Shown here: positions 14,401 to 26,560 of the stretch, one piece after another | How positions within the stretch are numbered: position 1 is the first letter of the stretch | Layout of the letters: the number at the start of each line of letters is the position of its first letter | Assembly (NCBI GenBank): GCA_903813345.2 | Contig: CAIIXF020000001.1 | Location: 47,616,001-47,680,000, forward strand | Reading direction: 5' to 3' | Origin: Owenia fusiformis | Lineage: Eukaryota | DNA length: 64,000 bases | The notes under the pieces: generated by a model | What the model saw: the letters and a program-made list of their open reading frames with translations, nothing else | What the model was told of the DNA's origin: nothing | The model's database searches: none | Position numbers and translations under genes: made by a program

Positions 14401-14514
14401 TCGACCTGTTTGTCCATCCGCTGAAGCCCCCCATACAACATGATCTATTGTACCAGCGCATGCGATGGTGATTATTGCTGCTATAACAATCGACACGTTC
14501 TCCTTAGAATTCAT
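11455..14514 (-). CDS. SOD3: Secreted Cu/Zn superoxide dismutase with N-terminal acidic region and chitin-binding peritrophin-A (CBM14) domain, 385 aa
   Basis: Exons 14514-13881, 13770-13491, 12391-12274 and 11580-11455; all introns GT-AG with matching phases. Hydrophobic signal-like N-terminus. Six-Cys CBM14 ([17 protein letters not shown]...CPGGLWW...C...C) at 13990-14160. SOD motifs [32 protein letters not shown] and [10 protein letters not shown] are all intact. Confidence 0.9.
11719..11893. mobile_element. MITE in SOD intron 3
   Basis: Imperfect inverted arms: cttgtatttgcgagtgca...ggctaccggattaa / ttaatccggtagcc...tgcattcgcgaatacaag. Confidence 0.6.
12128..12250. mobile_element. Small MITE
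   Basis: TIR atagggagttttaaga / tcttaaactccctat. Its internal cagaggaccataatt also occurs near 23855. Confidence 0.5.
12480..12970. mobile_element. Possible degraded non-LTR retrotransposon fragments in SOD intron 2
   Basis: aataaa followed by a (taca)n tail at ~12666-12695 resembles a LINE 3' end. A stop-ridden minus-strand frame (DDSVEHV*KEFK) loosely resembles a LINE ORF2 linker. Confidence 0.3.
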
Positions 14515-15305
14515 TCTGCAGAACTCAGTACCAAACCTGACTCTCTATGAAGAGTGACACAACGAGCTGGACGATTGATTGTATGTGACATATTATAGGC
14601 GAGGCTGGATAACTTACCTGCTGTCTTCAACATCTGACCTTTGGTGACATATTGTTACATACATCATTGCGAATATTCATTCCAGCACTCACTCAATATT
14701 ACATATTAACAATTTAATATTGGAACAACAGATTTCAAACTGTATATTCCAAACCTCGATTTAAAATTGCAATTGCTATGGGTCAACCCCTGTCAATGTA
14801 TAATATTACTTTTGCATCAATATATTTAGCCATTCTTTAGCCTATTTAAGGACTATTTTTACACTTAACCGATGATATAATGTTTGTTTAATTGATTGTC
14901 TCTATTAATATAACAGCTTGGTACTCCTGAACAATGCTCATAGGCGATAAACGGGGGAACATATGGCAATGACAAACTTAATATATCTCACATCACGAAG
15001 TCAAATTGTACAATCAGTACTTATTAGTATGTCACTTATCGTATGTTAAAAGATTCATTGAGTCATGCGTGCTTTTTTGCATTTTCTAGTAAATATTGTA
15101 TCATTGTTTACTTGAAATGAAAAAAATGTTAAAAAACTCACGTCACTTATGAGTTTTTATTACAGATCGTAGAACGCTTCCACTGCTCTTAAAGTCCTCA
15201 TGTAAAGTTTGAAAATATGTTTTTATCACTAATTTACTATCTCATGACTTTAGTTATTTTAGAGATTTTTTAAAAATAATTTTGAAAAAAAGTTGTCAGC
15301 TTTTC

Positions 15306-17431
15306 ATTTCTCAAACCACCCAAAACGTTCGTGTATTAGGATTTGAGTAAAATTCGTTCCCGTTTATTCTGTATAGGTACTTTGAAGTATCATTTCGGAA
15401 CGTTTCGGACGGCTTCGGTAGCATGTGCAAAGTTGCGCTTCGGTTCGCATGTTTACGTTCCCAATCGAAATAATTGACAATTTACCCCATTTGCTGGGCC
15501 GCGTTGGGTGGATTCGTTCATGTAATGTGTCAGGAAGACTTGAAGCCCCCCTCACATATGAACGAATCCCCTAAACGCAGTCTTGCGAATTGGATAAATT
15601 GTCAATTCTGACGATTAGGAACGTACGCTGGTGAAACTGCGCCTTTTTAGAACCCCTAGTCTATTGAAAAGCAAAAAGTATACCCAATAATTCAAAAAAG
15701 TAGTGTTGTAAAGCGGTCAACCTTTTGGGACCTTTTGTTTAATATAGCAAAATGGAATTTGATGAGATTCAGTAGGAAATATTCATGTTTGATTTCTATG
15801 TCGGGGCCTGGTGACCGATTAAACCTAATTATCCTACCGAACGAAGTTCGATGGAGATAAAGAGAAGCCGTCCGTCCGTTCATCCGTCCATTGATGAGCC
15901 CGGGCTATAAATCAAAAACCTGTTGCCGGATTCGATTCAACTTTCATAGGCTTAAGCCTTATGGGTGTAGGACCTCTGCTCGAGAAGGAATTTCATTTCA
16001 ATATGACCACTCAATTCAATACGGCCGCCATCATTTTTTGTATCTATCTATGGCTATCGAATTTCAAAATGGCTGCCATTTTCGTAAAACGTTATCTTTG
16101 ATAACTCAAATACCAGTGGACGTGATTTGTTTCAAATTTTACATGCTGATGTCTAGGGACAAGGGTGCTCCGCTTGAGAAGAAATTTTCAAGATGACTGC
16201 TGAATTTCAAAATGGCCGCCATTTTTGTGAAAAACGTAATCGTTGATAACTCAAATAACTCGAATTTTCTTATTATATAAACAACATAAACATGTACCTA
16301 GCTATTTCACATATTCCATGTTTTTCGGTCTGACTCACAGTGATCGTGTATGGGTCGATAATCAGTATTTCTCAAACCACCCAAAACGTTCGTGTATTAG
16401 GATTTGAGTAAAATTCGTTCCCGTTTATTCTGTATAGGTACTTTGAAGTATCATTTCGGAACGTTTCGGACGGCTTCGGTAGCATGTGCAAAGTTGCGCT
16501 TCGGTTCGCATGTTTACGTTCCCAATCGAAATAATTGACAATTTACCCCATTTGCTAGGCCGCGTTGGGTGGATTCGTTCATGTAATGTGTCAGGAAGAC
16601 TTGAAGCCCCCCTCACATATGAACGAATCCCCTAAACGCAGTCTTGCGAATTGGATAAATTGTCAATTCTGACGATTAGGAACGTACGCTGGTGAAACTG
16701 CGCCTTTTTAGAACCCCTAGTCTATTGAAAAGCAAAAAGTATACCCAATAATTCAAAAAAGTAGTGTTGTAAAGCGGTCAACCTTTTGGGACCTTTTGTT
16801 TAATATAGCAAAATGGAATTTGATGAGATTCAGTAGGAAATATTCATGTTTGATTTCTATGTCGGGGCCTGGTGACCGATTAAACCTAATTATCCTACCG
16901 AACGAAGTTCGATGGAGATAAAGAGAAGCCGTCCGTCCGTTCATCCGTCCATTGATGAGCCCGGGCTATAAATCAAAAACCTGTTGCCGGATTCGATTCA
17001 ACTTTCATAGGCTTAAGCCTTATGGGTGTAGGACCTCTGCTCGAGAAGGAATTTTCATTTCAATATGACCACTCAATTCAATACGGCCGCCATCATTTTT
17101 TGTATCTATCTATGGCTATCGAATTTCAAAATGGCTGCCATTTTCGTAAAACGTTATCTTTGATAACTCAAATACCAGTGGACGTGATTTGTTTCAAATT
17201 TTACATGCTGATGTCTAGGGACAAGGGTGCTCCGCTTGAGAAGAAATTTTCAAGATGACTGCTGAATTTCAAAATGGCCGCCATTTTTGTGAAAAACGTA
17301 ATCGTTGATAACTCAAATAACTCGAATTTTCTTATTATATAAACAACATAAACATGTACCTAGCTATTTCACATATTCCATGTTTTTCGGTCTGACTCAC
17401 AGTGATCGTGTATGGGTCGATAATCAGTATT
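15306..17431 (+). repeat. Near-identical tandem duplication of a ~1061-bp unit
   Basis: 15306-16366 is repeated at 16367-17431, and the ORF track shows identical peptides offset by 1061. I noticed only one substitution and one 1-bp indel. The junction has 3-bp microhomology (att). Confidence 0.95.
15826..16260 (-). mobile_element. Truncated Helentron/HINE-like element, family B (duplicated at ~16887-17322)
   Basis: Reverse complement of the end of the 54205-55070 element: hairpin cgaacgaagttcg, (gtcc)n microsatellite and core repeat units (ttcaaaatggccgccatttt). Confidence 0.7.
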
Positions 17432-18211
17432 CGACCTTGACCCTGATAAATCGAAAATGTCGTTATGACTATAAATTGGAGTTGACGATTTCTAGTTTCA
17501 CACACCTTCCTTTTGATTAGGAACCTTCTACAAAGGGACATCATCTTTTGCATTCAATCGAGGGCCCAACTCCTCTTAGTATATAAATAGTACGAATCAA
17601 TTTTAAAAAATGTTTTTACACCGCGCGCACCTGATACACCCACCCATACCGGGTGTTTTCTGCAAAGCAACGCCTCTGCATAGGGTGGTTTGTGCCTTAG
17701 CGGAAAAGATCAAGCTAAAATTTAGTTTTTTTTATTACGCTCAGATAGCGAATGTTACTCTTCCTAATGTTGTAACTCGTCCCTAGTTAGATCAAGGGGG
17801 GGGGGCAGGGTTCAAAGATAACCTACGTCTATAATGTAAATCTGTATTGAGATAACCTATCGTCCTGATTAAGAGGGGGAGAAACCCCAGGGTTCAAAGA
17901 TGGCTTACGTCTATAATGTAAATCTGTATTGAGATGACCCTTTTGGCAAAAAAATCGCCATAACCACATAGAACCACAGTAACTTAAAGGCACGCCCGGT
18001 GATCGTGAATATGGGACGGAGGGGGGGGGGGGGGAGCAGGCAATTTCTGCTAGGAAATTCAACAAATCTGGAAGATTTATTTTTTCAAGAAAAAGTTTAC
18101 TATTGAATTGCTAAATGGATAGGCGCACGGTATGGTAGAATATGTTAGGTTTTCTGGGATTTTTTCTGAAACGATACGCATCTAAGGTATGAGATCTATT
18201 AAAAAAGGCGC

Positions 18212-18813
18212 AAGGCCATCAACAGGCACAAATCAACGTTTTTGCTATAAATCAAGCAACAATGGTCTGGACGACCTGTAATAAATACTTGTAAGTGATG
18301 TTATCATAACTAAATTAATGTCATTGCTGAATTTATAAAATAAGTTTCCATATGTAAAATACAAAATAATAGAAAATAATTAAAATGGGACGGAGGGGGG
18401 GGGGGGAGGGGACGGAGGGGGGGGGGAGTAATAATTCTATAAAGTGAAACAACTTCACACGAATTCTTGTATTTGAAAAATGAACTCATTAACTTAGTAA
18501 GAAACTGGATGATATACCCCTGGAGACTGAAAAATGGGGACATTTGGAGTAAAAGGACTTAAAGTCGCGAAACATCTCTAATCATGTCTTATATACATAT
18601 TGCTCCCCCCCCCCTCCGTCCCCTCCCCCCTCCGTCCCAAATTCATTATTTTCGATTATTTTTTATTTCACATATGGAAACTTATTTTATAAATTCAGCA
18701 ATGACATTAATTTAGTTATGATAACATCACTTACAAGTATTTATTACAGGTCGTCCAGACCATTGTTGCTTGATTTATAGCAAAAACGTTGATTTGTGCC
18801 TGTTGATGGCCTT
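18212..18813. mobile_element. Foldback/MITE with ~215-bp inverted arms
   Basis: aaggccatcaacaggcacaaatc...gggacggagggg is mirrored by cccctccgtccc...gatttgtgcctgttgatggcctt. Confidence 0.85.
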
Positions 18814-19102
18814 TTGTAGTCACGACATAGGGAGTATCGGTATCGATGTTGCATCCTGGGAGCCAATCCTCCTTGGTCCAGGATGGAAAAACCAAAAAGC
18901 TTACCGTAAATGTGACTGATAAATCTCAATCTTTGACAAACTTCAATGGTAACTTAGAATCATTCAAACTTATTTAACATGATTTCTCTTAATGTATATA
19001 CATGCTTAATCTTGGTAGGCTTACGCAATCGTGCATAAATAGACAAAATTATTCTTACCCCATTTCACGGACATACTTGCGCAGATTCTTATCGCCTCCA
19101 CT

Positions 19103-19406
19103 CAAGGAGGATTGGCTCCCAGAGTGCAACATCGATATTCTGTCCCATATATGGGCATGTCGTGCTACAAAATTTGAATTCCAACAGCCGCCATTTTGTT
19201 CACTTCAACATTTGAATCGTGTATTTTGGTCTTATTTCCTAACGAAAAATTCCAAAACTCACAGGAAATGATCGAGATATTGGTTCGAATCTTTTGAACT
19301 GTTTATTTTGAATTTATAATCGGTTATAATTTCAGAAAATAACGACATCTCGGCGTTTTCATTGTTGGAAAATATCGACTTCGATTCTGGGAGCCAATCC
19401 TCCTTG
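19103..19406. mobile_element. Mutator-like MITE with 9-bp TSD
   Basis: TIR caaggaggattggctcccag / ctgggagccaatcctccttg. TSD gcctccact at 19094-19102 and 19407-19415. A solo terminus of the same family lies at ~18843-18876. Confidence 0.85.
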
Positions 19407-20699
19407 GCCTCCACTCAGGAGATTATCTACGTAATACGCATGCGCTAGGATCGTAATAAAGGATGGATTCGCTCTTACTGATTAAAATTGTTGCGCGTGC
19501 GCTAATTTCCTTGTTGTTGATTGGACATTTACAGTGCGTATCAAAAGAAACGCAACAAATTGTTATCTCGGAAAAGCACAAAACCAGTGATAACAGCATT
19601 GATTTCATTCAATACACCATAAAGCCATGTGTCTCCTCTTTACAATGATATATCATTCATTGATATTTGGTCATAGTTGGGCGAGTAATCATTCTATTTG
19701 CCAAGTAGGCCAAAATTAGCTTTTGACCAAGTTATAAACATCGCAAAAGTCAGTGTACGGAGCCCGATGCAAAATTGGAAGAAAACATAAAACCAACGCT
19801 GACTGCATCCTTTTCGTTCAATGTACCAAAAAGCCAAATTACTCCTCTTTGCAATGGAATATCATTCATCCACAGAGAGTCATGGCCGGCCGAATAATCA
19901 TTAATTTTACAAAGTGGGGCAAAATTCAGCTCGGACCCAAGTTTTAAACATTGCAAAAGTCAGTACAAGTGGCATAGAAGGCATTAGAAGAAGGTGTGAC
20001 AGGTGTGACATAGACAGTTAAGTGTTCATACTCATACTCTTGCAAGAATACATCCTATACCCCTCCAAATTGCCACCACTTCCTTGCACATAAAGATGTG
20101 CTCATCTGTCCACGTCATGCATGGTTCAGCCATGGAAGGATTTCTCACCAAACCATTACCACATGTGAATGAATGACATATCATTGCAAAGAGGAGAGGT
20201 GTGGCTTTATGGTACATCAAATGAAATTCATGTAGTCATCACTAGTTTTGGAATTTTACGAGATAACTACTTGTTGCGTTTTTTTGATACGCCCTGTATA
20301 TTAGATTGACTTTGTTTTTCATGATTAGATGTCGCTGGAGTTAATTGACTTATATGTAAGATACTGGAGACGATCGATGAGTACTCGGATTCAAGTTAAA
20401 AATCGGGAGGTAGGAGGAAAAAAGGGAGGACACAGACAAAATCGGGGGATTTTTACCTAAAACATGCGAAGTTTTTTGTAGAAATCGGGGGAAATCGGGA
20501 GAAAAAATCGGGAGATGATGAAAAATTACAAAATTAGAAAATCGGGAGATGGCAAAATTGCGCAGGAGATGGGTTAAAAAACAGGAATCTCCCGATTTAA
20601 ATCGGGAGTTGGCAACATAGAGTGACCAGGAGCTGAACAGAATATTATATTACCTCATACACCGGCCTAAATTGACCAAGAGGAGCTAGATACTACATG

Positions 20700-20945
20700 T
20701 ATGGACCTCATACACACATTGAGTTACCAAGTATAGGTAAATGCTGTGGACCTCATACACACATTGAGTTACCAATTATAGGTAAATGCCGTGGACCTCA
20801 TACACACATTGAGTTACCAATTATAGCTAATGCCGTGGACCTCATACACACATTGAGTTACCAATTATAGCTAAATGCTGTGGACCTCATACACACATTG
20901 AGTTACCAATTATAGCTAAACTGCTGTGGACCTCATACACAAATC
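20700..20945 (+). repeat. ~45-bp minisatellite, ~5.5 copies
   Basis: Unit gtggacctcatacacacattgagttaccaattatagctaaatgct, with more degenerate copies on either side. Confidence 0.9.
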
Positions 20946-22692
20946 GAGTGACCATTGTGAGCTGAATCCAATGGGCTTCTTATGCATATACTTTTATGTC
21001 ATCTATAGTGTCCAATAGGAGAAAAAGACAGTGACATCATAGAGTGACCAATAGGAACTACACACAATGAACCTCATTCCCACCTTGAGCGACCAAAAGG
21101 AGCTGAACACTCATCAGCTCATTGCGGTTTCATTTACCAGGATATTTTGTTGGTAAACAAAATACAATACATTACCATGATTACATTACAGTAAAACATT
21201 TTATTCAATAAGATTTACGATTTCGCACAAAATTTAACGTGTAGCATAATGGTTTTTGACGTTAAGCCAAGGGAAAAATCAATACCCGGTGATTTCAGCG
21301 GGAAGTTTCGTTTCGTTCAGTCTGCTGTTGTGTTTTATAACTTTTACTTTGTTTTGTATTTTGAAATACATTTATTTTTTTACATATACATATTTATTCA
21401 AATATACAACATGCCACGAGTTCATTTTGTTTACACATAAAGGTTGAACTATATTTGCATTAGAGCTCCACTGGATCTCAACTGGTAAACAAGTAGCCTT
21501 TTTGCAAAAAGGGTATTAATGATGCATAATATAGTTAATTTCTAGTTGCAAGAAATAGAATAGAAAAAAGAATAGAATGGACACACGAATTCTAATTATA
21601 GATGATTTTCCTCATGCATATCCTGTTCCCGGCCTATGTTTTGTGAACATTGTACCCAGCCCGGACTTCCATATAAAGATCTTCGAAAAGTGACTTTATT
21701 TCAAGATTTATCAAAAAGTGTTCGTTGAATCTGTTTAAAACTTGATTGATATATGTTTATGTTTATTTCTTTTTTGAATTCACATAAATATACAATGCAT
21801 GAGTGGCTGACACTTAAAAAGTGTATATTCCCAACAAATCGAATACAAACATGATAATGATCGAGGGGTTCAGTGATATATGGAAGCTGTAAACAGCAGG
21901 CCATGTCAGAAATAAATATCAATCGAGTCAAAAGAATCAAAACTGTGTTTGATTATTACAATATAAGAGTCTGATAAACTGAGCGATATGTTATGTCCAG
22001 TAATAAAAGAGGACAAAAAAGAGAATACACAAGAGGAGGGGTGGGAGGGATGGCGAGGGCAGTGAGGAAAAAACAAAACAATATATCAAGTGAATTAATA
22101 GCATGTGATGAACCTTTAGCATACTTATTGTAATTTATCATCAAGATTTGGGTTGTTAAACTAATAAACCAGGGGTTTTAAAGAATTTAAATATTGCACT
22201 AATGGAGATTTGGCCCAAGTTTTTTAAAAAGTCATGGAAAATGATTTAAATAACATAACTGTATAATCAAAATTATTCTTGTAGAAAACAATCCACTGAT
22301 TAGAATTCAAATATGCCGTTTAAAAGAAGGCAAAGTAAGTCACCAGAGGTCTTATTTGCAAATATCTTAAAATCTCACGAAAATGAGATTTAGTGAGATT
22401 AGTGGAAACTGTACTATAAAATCAGCTTTTAGCAGTTGGATATGTTACATGTTCATGTCTATATATTTATATTTAGTCACTGAATTACACAGAGTAGCCT
22501 AGTTGAATACTTTTTACTACTCTGAAAAAACGTATTAAGAGACCATTTCATACTTAGTAAGCTTAATATTATGACTGGTTAATTCTGTTCAGTATTCTCC
22601 AGGACATCGTAAGTCTTAATGAAAGACTACAGTAGGTAGTCGAGAAGTCAAAAATTTTCTCTCTGGACGTCGATGAAAGTTATATCACTTAC

Positions 22693-22840
22693 GTTTGGTA
22701 AAATGCCAGATGAGTACTCCAGTAATCACACCCAGGACAACCACTAAAGCAGTCACTGCAACGCCTATGATTATATGCCTCCTCTGTGTCATTTTCTGCG
22801 TGTTTTCAGATTGATTTGTATCCAGATCGAAATATGGCAT
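22693..22840 (-). CDS. Candidate alternative first exon of the SOD gene encoding a type II membrane anchor
   Basis: Encodes MPYFDLDTNQSENTQKMTQRRHIIIGVAVTALVVVLGVITGVLIWHFTK followed by a consensus donor C|GTAAGT. The donor is phase 1, compatible with the SOD exon-2 acceptor at 13770. Confidence 0.6.
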
Positions 22841-23300
22841 CGTATAGAAAAAAGTTAATGAACTTTGGGAGTACTAGTATTTTGTCTACATCGTGTATAT
22901 ATCTTGCATTGTATTGTTTGTTCAAATTTGTTTCCGCATTGACGAGCCAACTAGTGTCTCTGAGAATGATGGCAAATACTGCTTAAAAGTTATTTATAAC
23001 AGGGCTTCAAGAGGTAGATATGTACTGTATAATTTATCACTTTGTAAACAAACTGCAAACTGGAGTGTAGATATGTGTATCAAATAAAGCAGAGTACATG
23101 ACTGTATCAGTGGCCCGGATAAGATTCACCTCCACTTCTCACACATTGCTTATCCAAAATCATCCAATTTTTAGTTTTAATTACTTTGATTACTTCAGAA
23201 AATGTTGAATTTTGCCAAGAGGTCTTTCAACGATATAAGATCCAAATAGCTCTGAGCTATATAAATAGCGGGATAAATAGGCCTTCTAATATGCAGTCCC

Positions 23301-23590
23301 AGGGGCGGATCTGGGAACCAACAGGGGGGGGGGCCGAATTTCTGGTCTGAGAAAAAAATTTGGGCCCCTAAAACCAAAAAGTGGGCCCAAATTTTGAAAT
23401 TTTTAGGCCCATTTTCTTCAAAATTTGGCCCAAGATAAAAAATAAGGCCTTAGTAGGCCCCATTTATGACCAAAAAGGCCCACTTTTTAGGGCCTTAAGG
23501 CCTTTTTCGGCTCAAAAAATTTTTGGGCCCATTTTTTTCTGGGCCCACCAAAGGGGGGGAGGGCCCTGCCCCCCCCCCCCCAGATCCGCC
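23301..23590. mobile_element. GC-rich-ended MITE
   Basis: Termini aggggcggatct / agatccgcc with poly-G and poly-C subterminal runs. Similar G/C-run elements occur at ~5652-6435 and ~58700-59025. Confidence 0.55.
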
Positions 23591-24349
23591 AGTACAGTCC
23601 ATAACAGTATTGGATATGAACCTCTTAACCATGTTAACTTCTGAAAATATATTAAAGCTTGAAAATCCTCATCGAGTGATCAGTTGAACGAAACAATCCT
23701 AAAATGAAGACTGGTGTAAAAGGGCAGGAGGTCCTTTCAAAGTATGGTCCTACTTTCCATTGATTTATATGGTGACCCAAATACAATTCTTTCCCTTATT
23801 ATCGTATCCACAATCAGGGCCAGTAAGGGGCTTTAAGAAAGGGGACCATAATCCCCAGAGGACCATAATTTCTTTTACACCTGTGTAAAAGGGTCGGTGG
23901 TCCAATCAAATTTTGGTCCTACTTAATTCTTATATTGGTATATTATATATTGCATTAATCATTTGCTCATTTGGTAATTTACCACTGGAAAAAGCGAACA
24001 AAGTTGGTCCATGCATGTAATAATAATGTTTGCTAATTTGCTGTAGCACTTTTCGTGCAGTGTAATATATACTTCCGCAACTTGAGAAGTGATGGCGGCA
24101 AGGAATCGCTCCAAAAGAACTGAATATTTGGAGCTATTGGGTATCAATGACGACGCAAGTGAAGGTATTGTTTAGTGAAGAATATTTTTTTCTTCAATAT
24201 GATACCATTCATCGAACTTTTGCGACTATTTTCTTAATAAAGCGAATTAAATTTGAATCGATCGTTTTTGGGATTCCCAGAAGTGAGCATTTTTTTATAT
24301 TGATTCATTCATTCCCGGGGTATTATTATTTTACGTTTACCATGGATGG

Positions 24350-25626
24350 CGAACTCCCATGCAGTGTCTCGGTATAGACACTGCGGCGGGCAGATGAAGA
24401 AAATCTCCAATATTTGGTGAAAATAGCTTCCTTTTTCATCATTATATGTGGCCAATTTTCACACAAAAGGGAGGAACTACTTGCTCGCATCGACACTATC
24501 CTACTCGAACTCCCGTGCAGTGATAATATCACTGCGGCGGGCAGATATCTCACCGTAAGCATGGTAACTTCGTGATAAACAACTGACGTGATTGGTTCTA
24601 GTCCCATGCTCAGGTCGCGTGATTGTAAAATTTAGACAATTTCATTGGTTGAATTGCGCGTATTAACTAATAAACAACACGTGCGGTAAACTATTATCAA
24701 CAAAACTTTTACTCAGAATTCATTCCGCGGTGATTTCTTCTCATATTTCAATAATTTTGAAATATTTTGACAAAATAATGATTGGTGAACATAAAAGAAC
24801 ATATATTTTATAAGTTGTATGAAAATCAAGTACATCTGTGACAAAAAGGGGGACTATCTTCCCCAAATTTTGGGGATTCCATAATCTGCCCGCCGCAGTG
24901 TCTATACCGAGACACTGCATTGGAGTTCGTATCCTACTAGGAGAACAACACCCGCAAATCATAGACTTACAACTCATACTAGGCCTAAACACAAACATCA
25001 ACGGGCCCACCAACAGAACAATCACAGAAGCGCTGCATCGCTATCTGCAAAATACAAAAAGATTCTAAGCAAACAAAATAAGAAAGAGACAGTGACTCTA
25101 TACCAAACTCATGAGATAGTGACTCTTTTACAACTTAATACAGGATTAACTATATTTCTACTACCGTCATAATATTGAAATAATATATTCTTAGCGCTCT
25201 CTCTCCAACTTAGCAAAGTATAAGTGAAAAGTATAAGTGATAATAGTACCGAAGTGAATAACTGAGTAACCAGTGTCCAAAGGCAGCATTATAGTGCCAA
25301 TAGTGTCACACGGACACTTAAAAGGATCAAGAAGAAGAAACAACTTATAAAATAGAATGAATGTTCCCCAAATTATTTTGTCAAAATATTTCAACTAGAA
25401 ATATGAGAAGACATCACCGTGGAAGGAATTCTGAGTAAAAGTTGTTTTGATGATGGTTTACCGCACGTGTCGTTTATTAGTTAACCAATGAAATTGTCTA
25501 AATTTTACAATCATGCGACCTGAGCATGGGACTAGAACCAATCATGTCAGTTGTTTATTACGAAGCTACCATGCTTACGGTAAAATACCTGCCCGCCGCA
25601 GTGATATATCACTGCACGGGAGTTTG
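24350..25626. mobile_element. Mutator-like non-autonomous element (outer copy)
   Basis: Termini cgaactcccatgcagtg / cactgcacgggagtttg. 9-bp TSD catggatgg / catggatag (1 mismatch). Confidence 0.8.
24506..24929. mobile_element. Same-family element nested in inverted orientation
   Basis: Termini cgaactcccgtgcagtg / cactgcattggagttcg. Perfect 9-bp TSD tatcctact (24497-24505 and 24930-24938). Confidence 0.85.
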
Positions 25627-26329
25627 CATGGATAGGTAATAAAACAGTTGGGTCTTGTTGCAACAATTTCTGATACCATACATGACTAAATTATTCGTAG
25701 ACAAGTAAACTAACCCTGAGTTAGCTGAACTATCACGTTTCTTTTTGATGATAATTGGATATTTTTTTTGTTGATTTCAAAATGTTTGCAAGTGATTTGA
25801 ATTAGGAAGATAATAAAATGATATGATATTAACCACCTATCTACTGACTTAGTATACAAATAGTGACTGCCATTGAGGGCAGTAGCGTAAATTATTTACC
25901 GAGGGAATATCCTCTAAAATATACTATTCCTGAAGCCACAGGCTTTTTTCTAATAAATTTCTGAGACTCTCACTTGACAAATTCAATCACATTTAACAAG
26001 CAAAAAAGATTATCATAACCACGGACCTCTGCCAGATTACCTCTTCTTGGTAGTGTCTAGGCTCAATTTATATACTCAAGGACAGACAAAAAGTCTTCGG
26101 AAAATTTATATATTTCCTTGATTTTGGAGTCAGTTTATCATTAAATATCACATGTCATACCTCAAACGATGCGTACTGTTGTTAGCTTCATCTCCAATCA
26201 CTAAAACCACACATTCAAGAAAGCGTCTGTTGATAAAAGCATAAAACAAGCGAGCGATATTAAATGGAGTGCTTCGGCTATTTCCGTTGTTCAAATGTTT
26301 ATTCCCGAAGTCAAATGCCTTTTCTGAGA

Positions 26330-26560
26330 ATGTGATGTCACTCCCGATGACGTCACATCAGAGATTACCGAGAAATCCCATGACGTTTCTTTAAACTCCT
26401 GTAGAAACAATACAACGCTTTGTTAGGCTACGCGATCCTTTACTTTTATTGGCTGTTTGTTGTGATGTGACGTAATTCAAGAGACAAACAACATTGGACA
26501 CTGCCGGAAATTACCGAAGTACTCCATTATCTTTACGCTCTGAAAATTTGAAAGAAATGT
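26330..26560. promoter_or_regulatory. Candidate promoter between the divergent SOD and DnaJ loci
   Basis: Local CpG enrichment with a CRE (tgacgtca, 26348-26355), a reverse CCAAT box (attgg, 26448) and an ETS-like ccggaa (26504). Confidence 0.3.

Noticed and set aside
15364..17258. Pairs of identical short ORFs suggesting duplicated genes
   Set aside because: They are by-products of the 1061-bp tandem duplication of repeat-derived DNA, with no recognisable protein.
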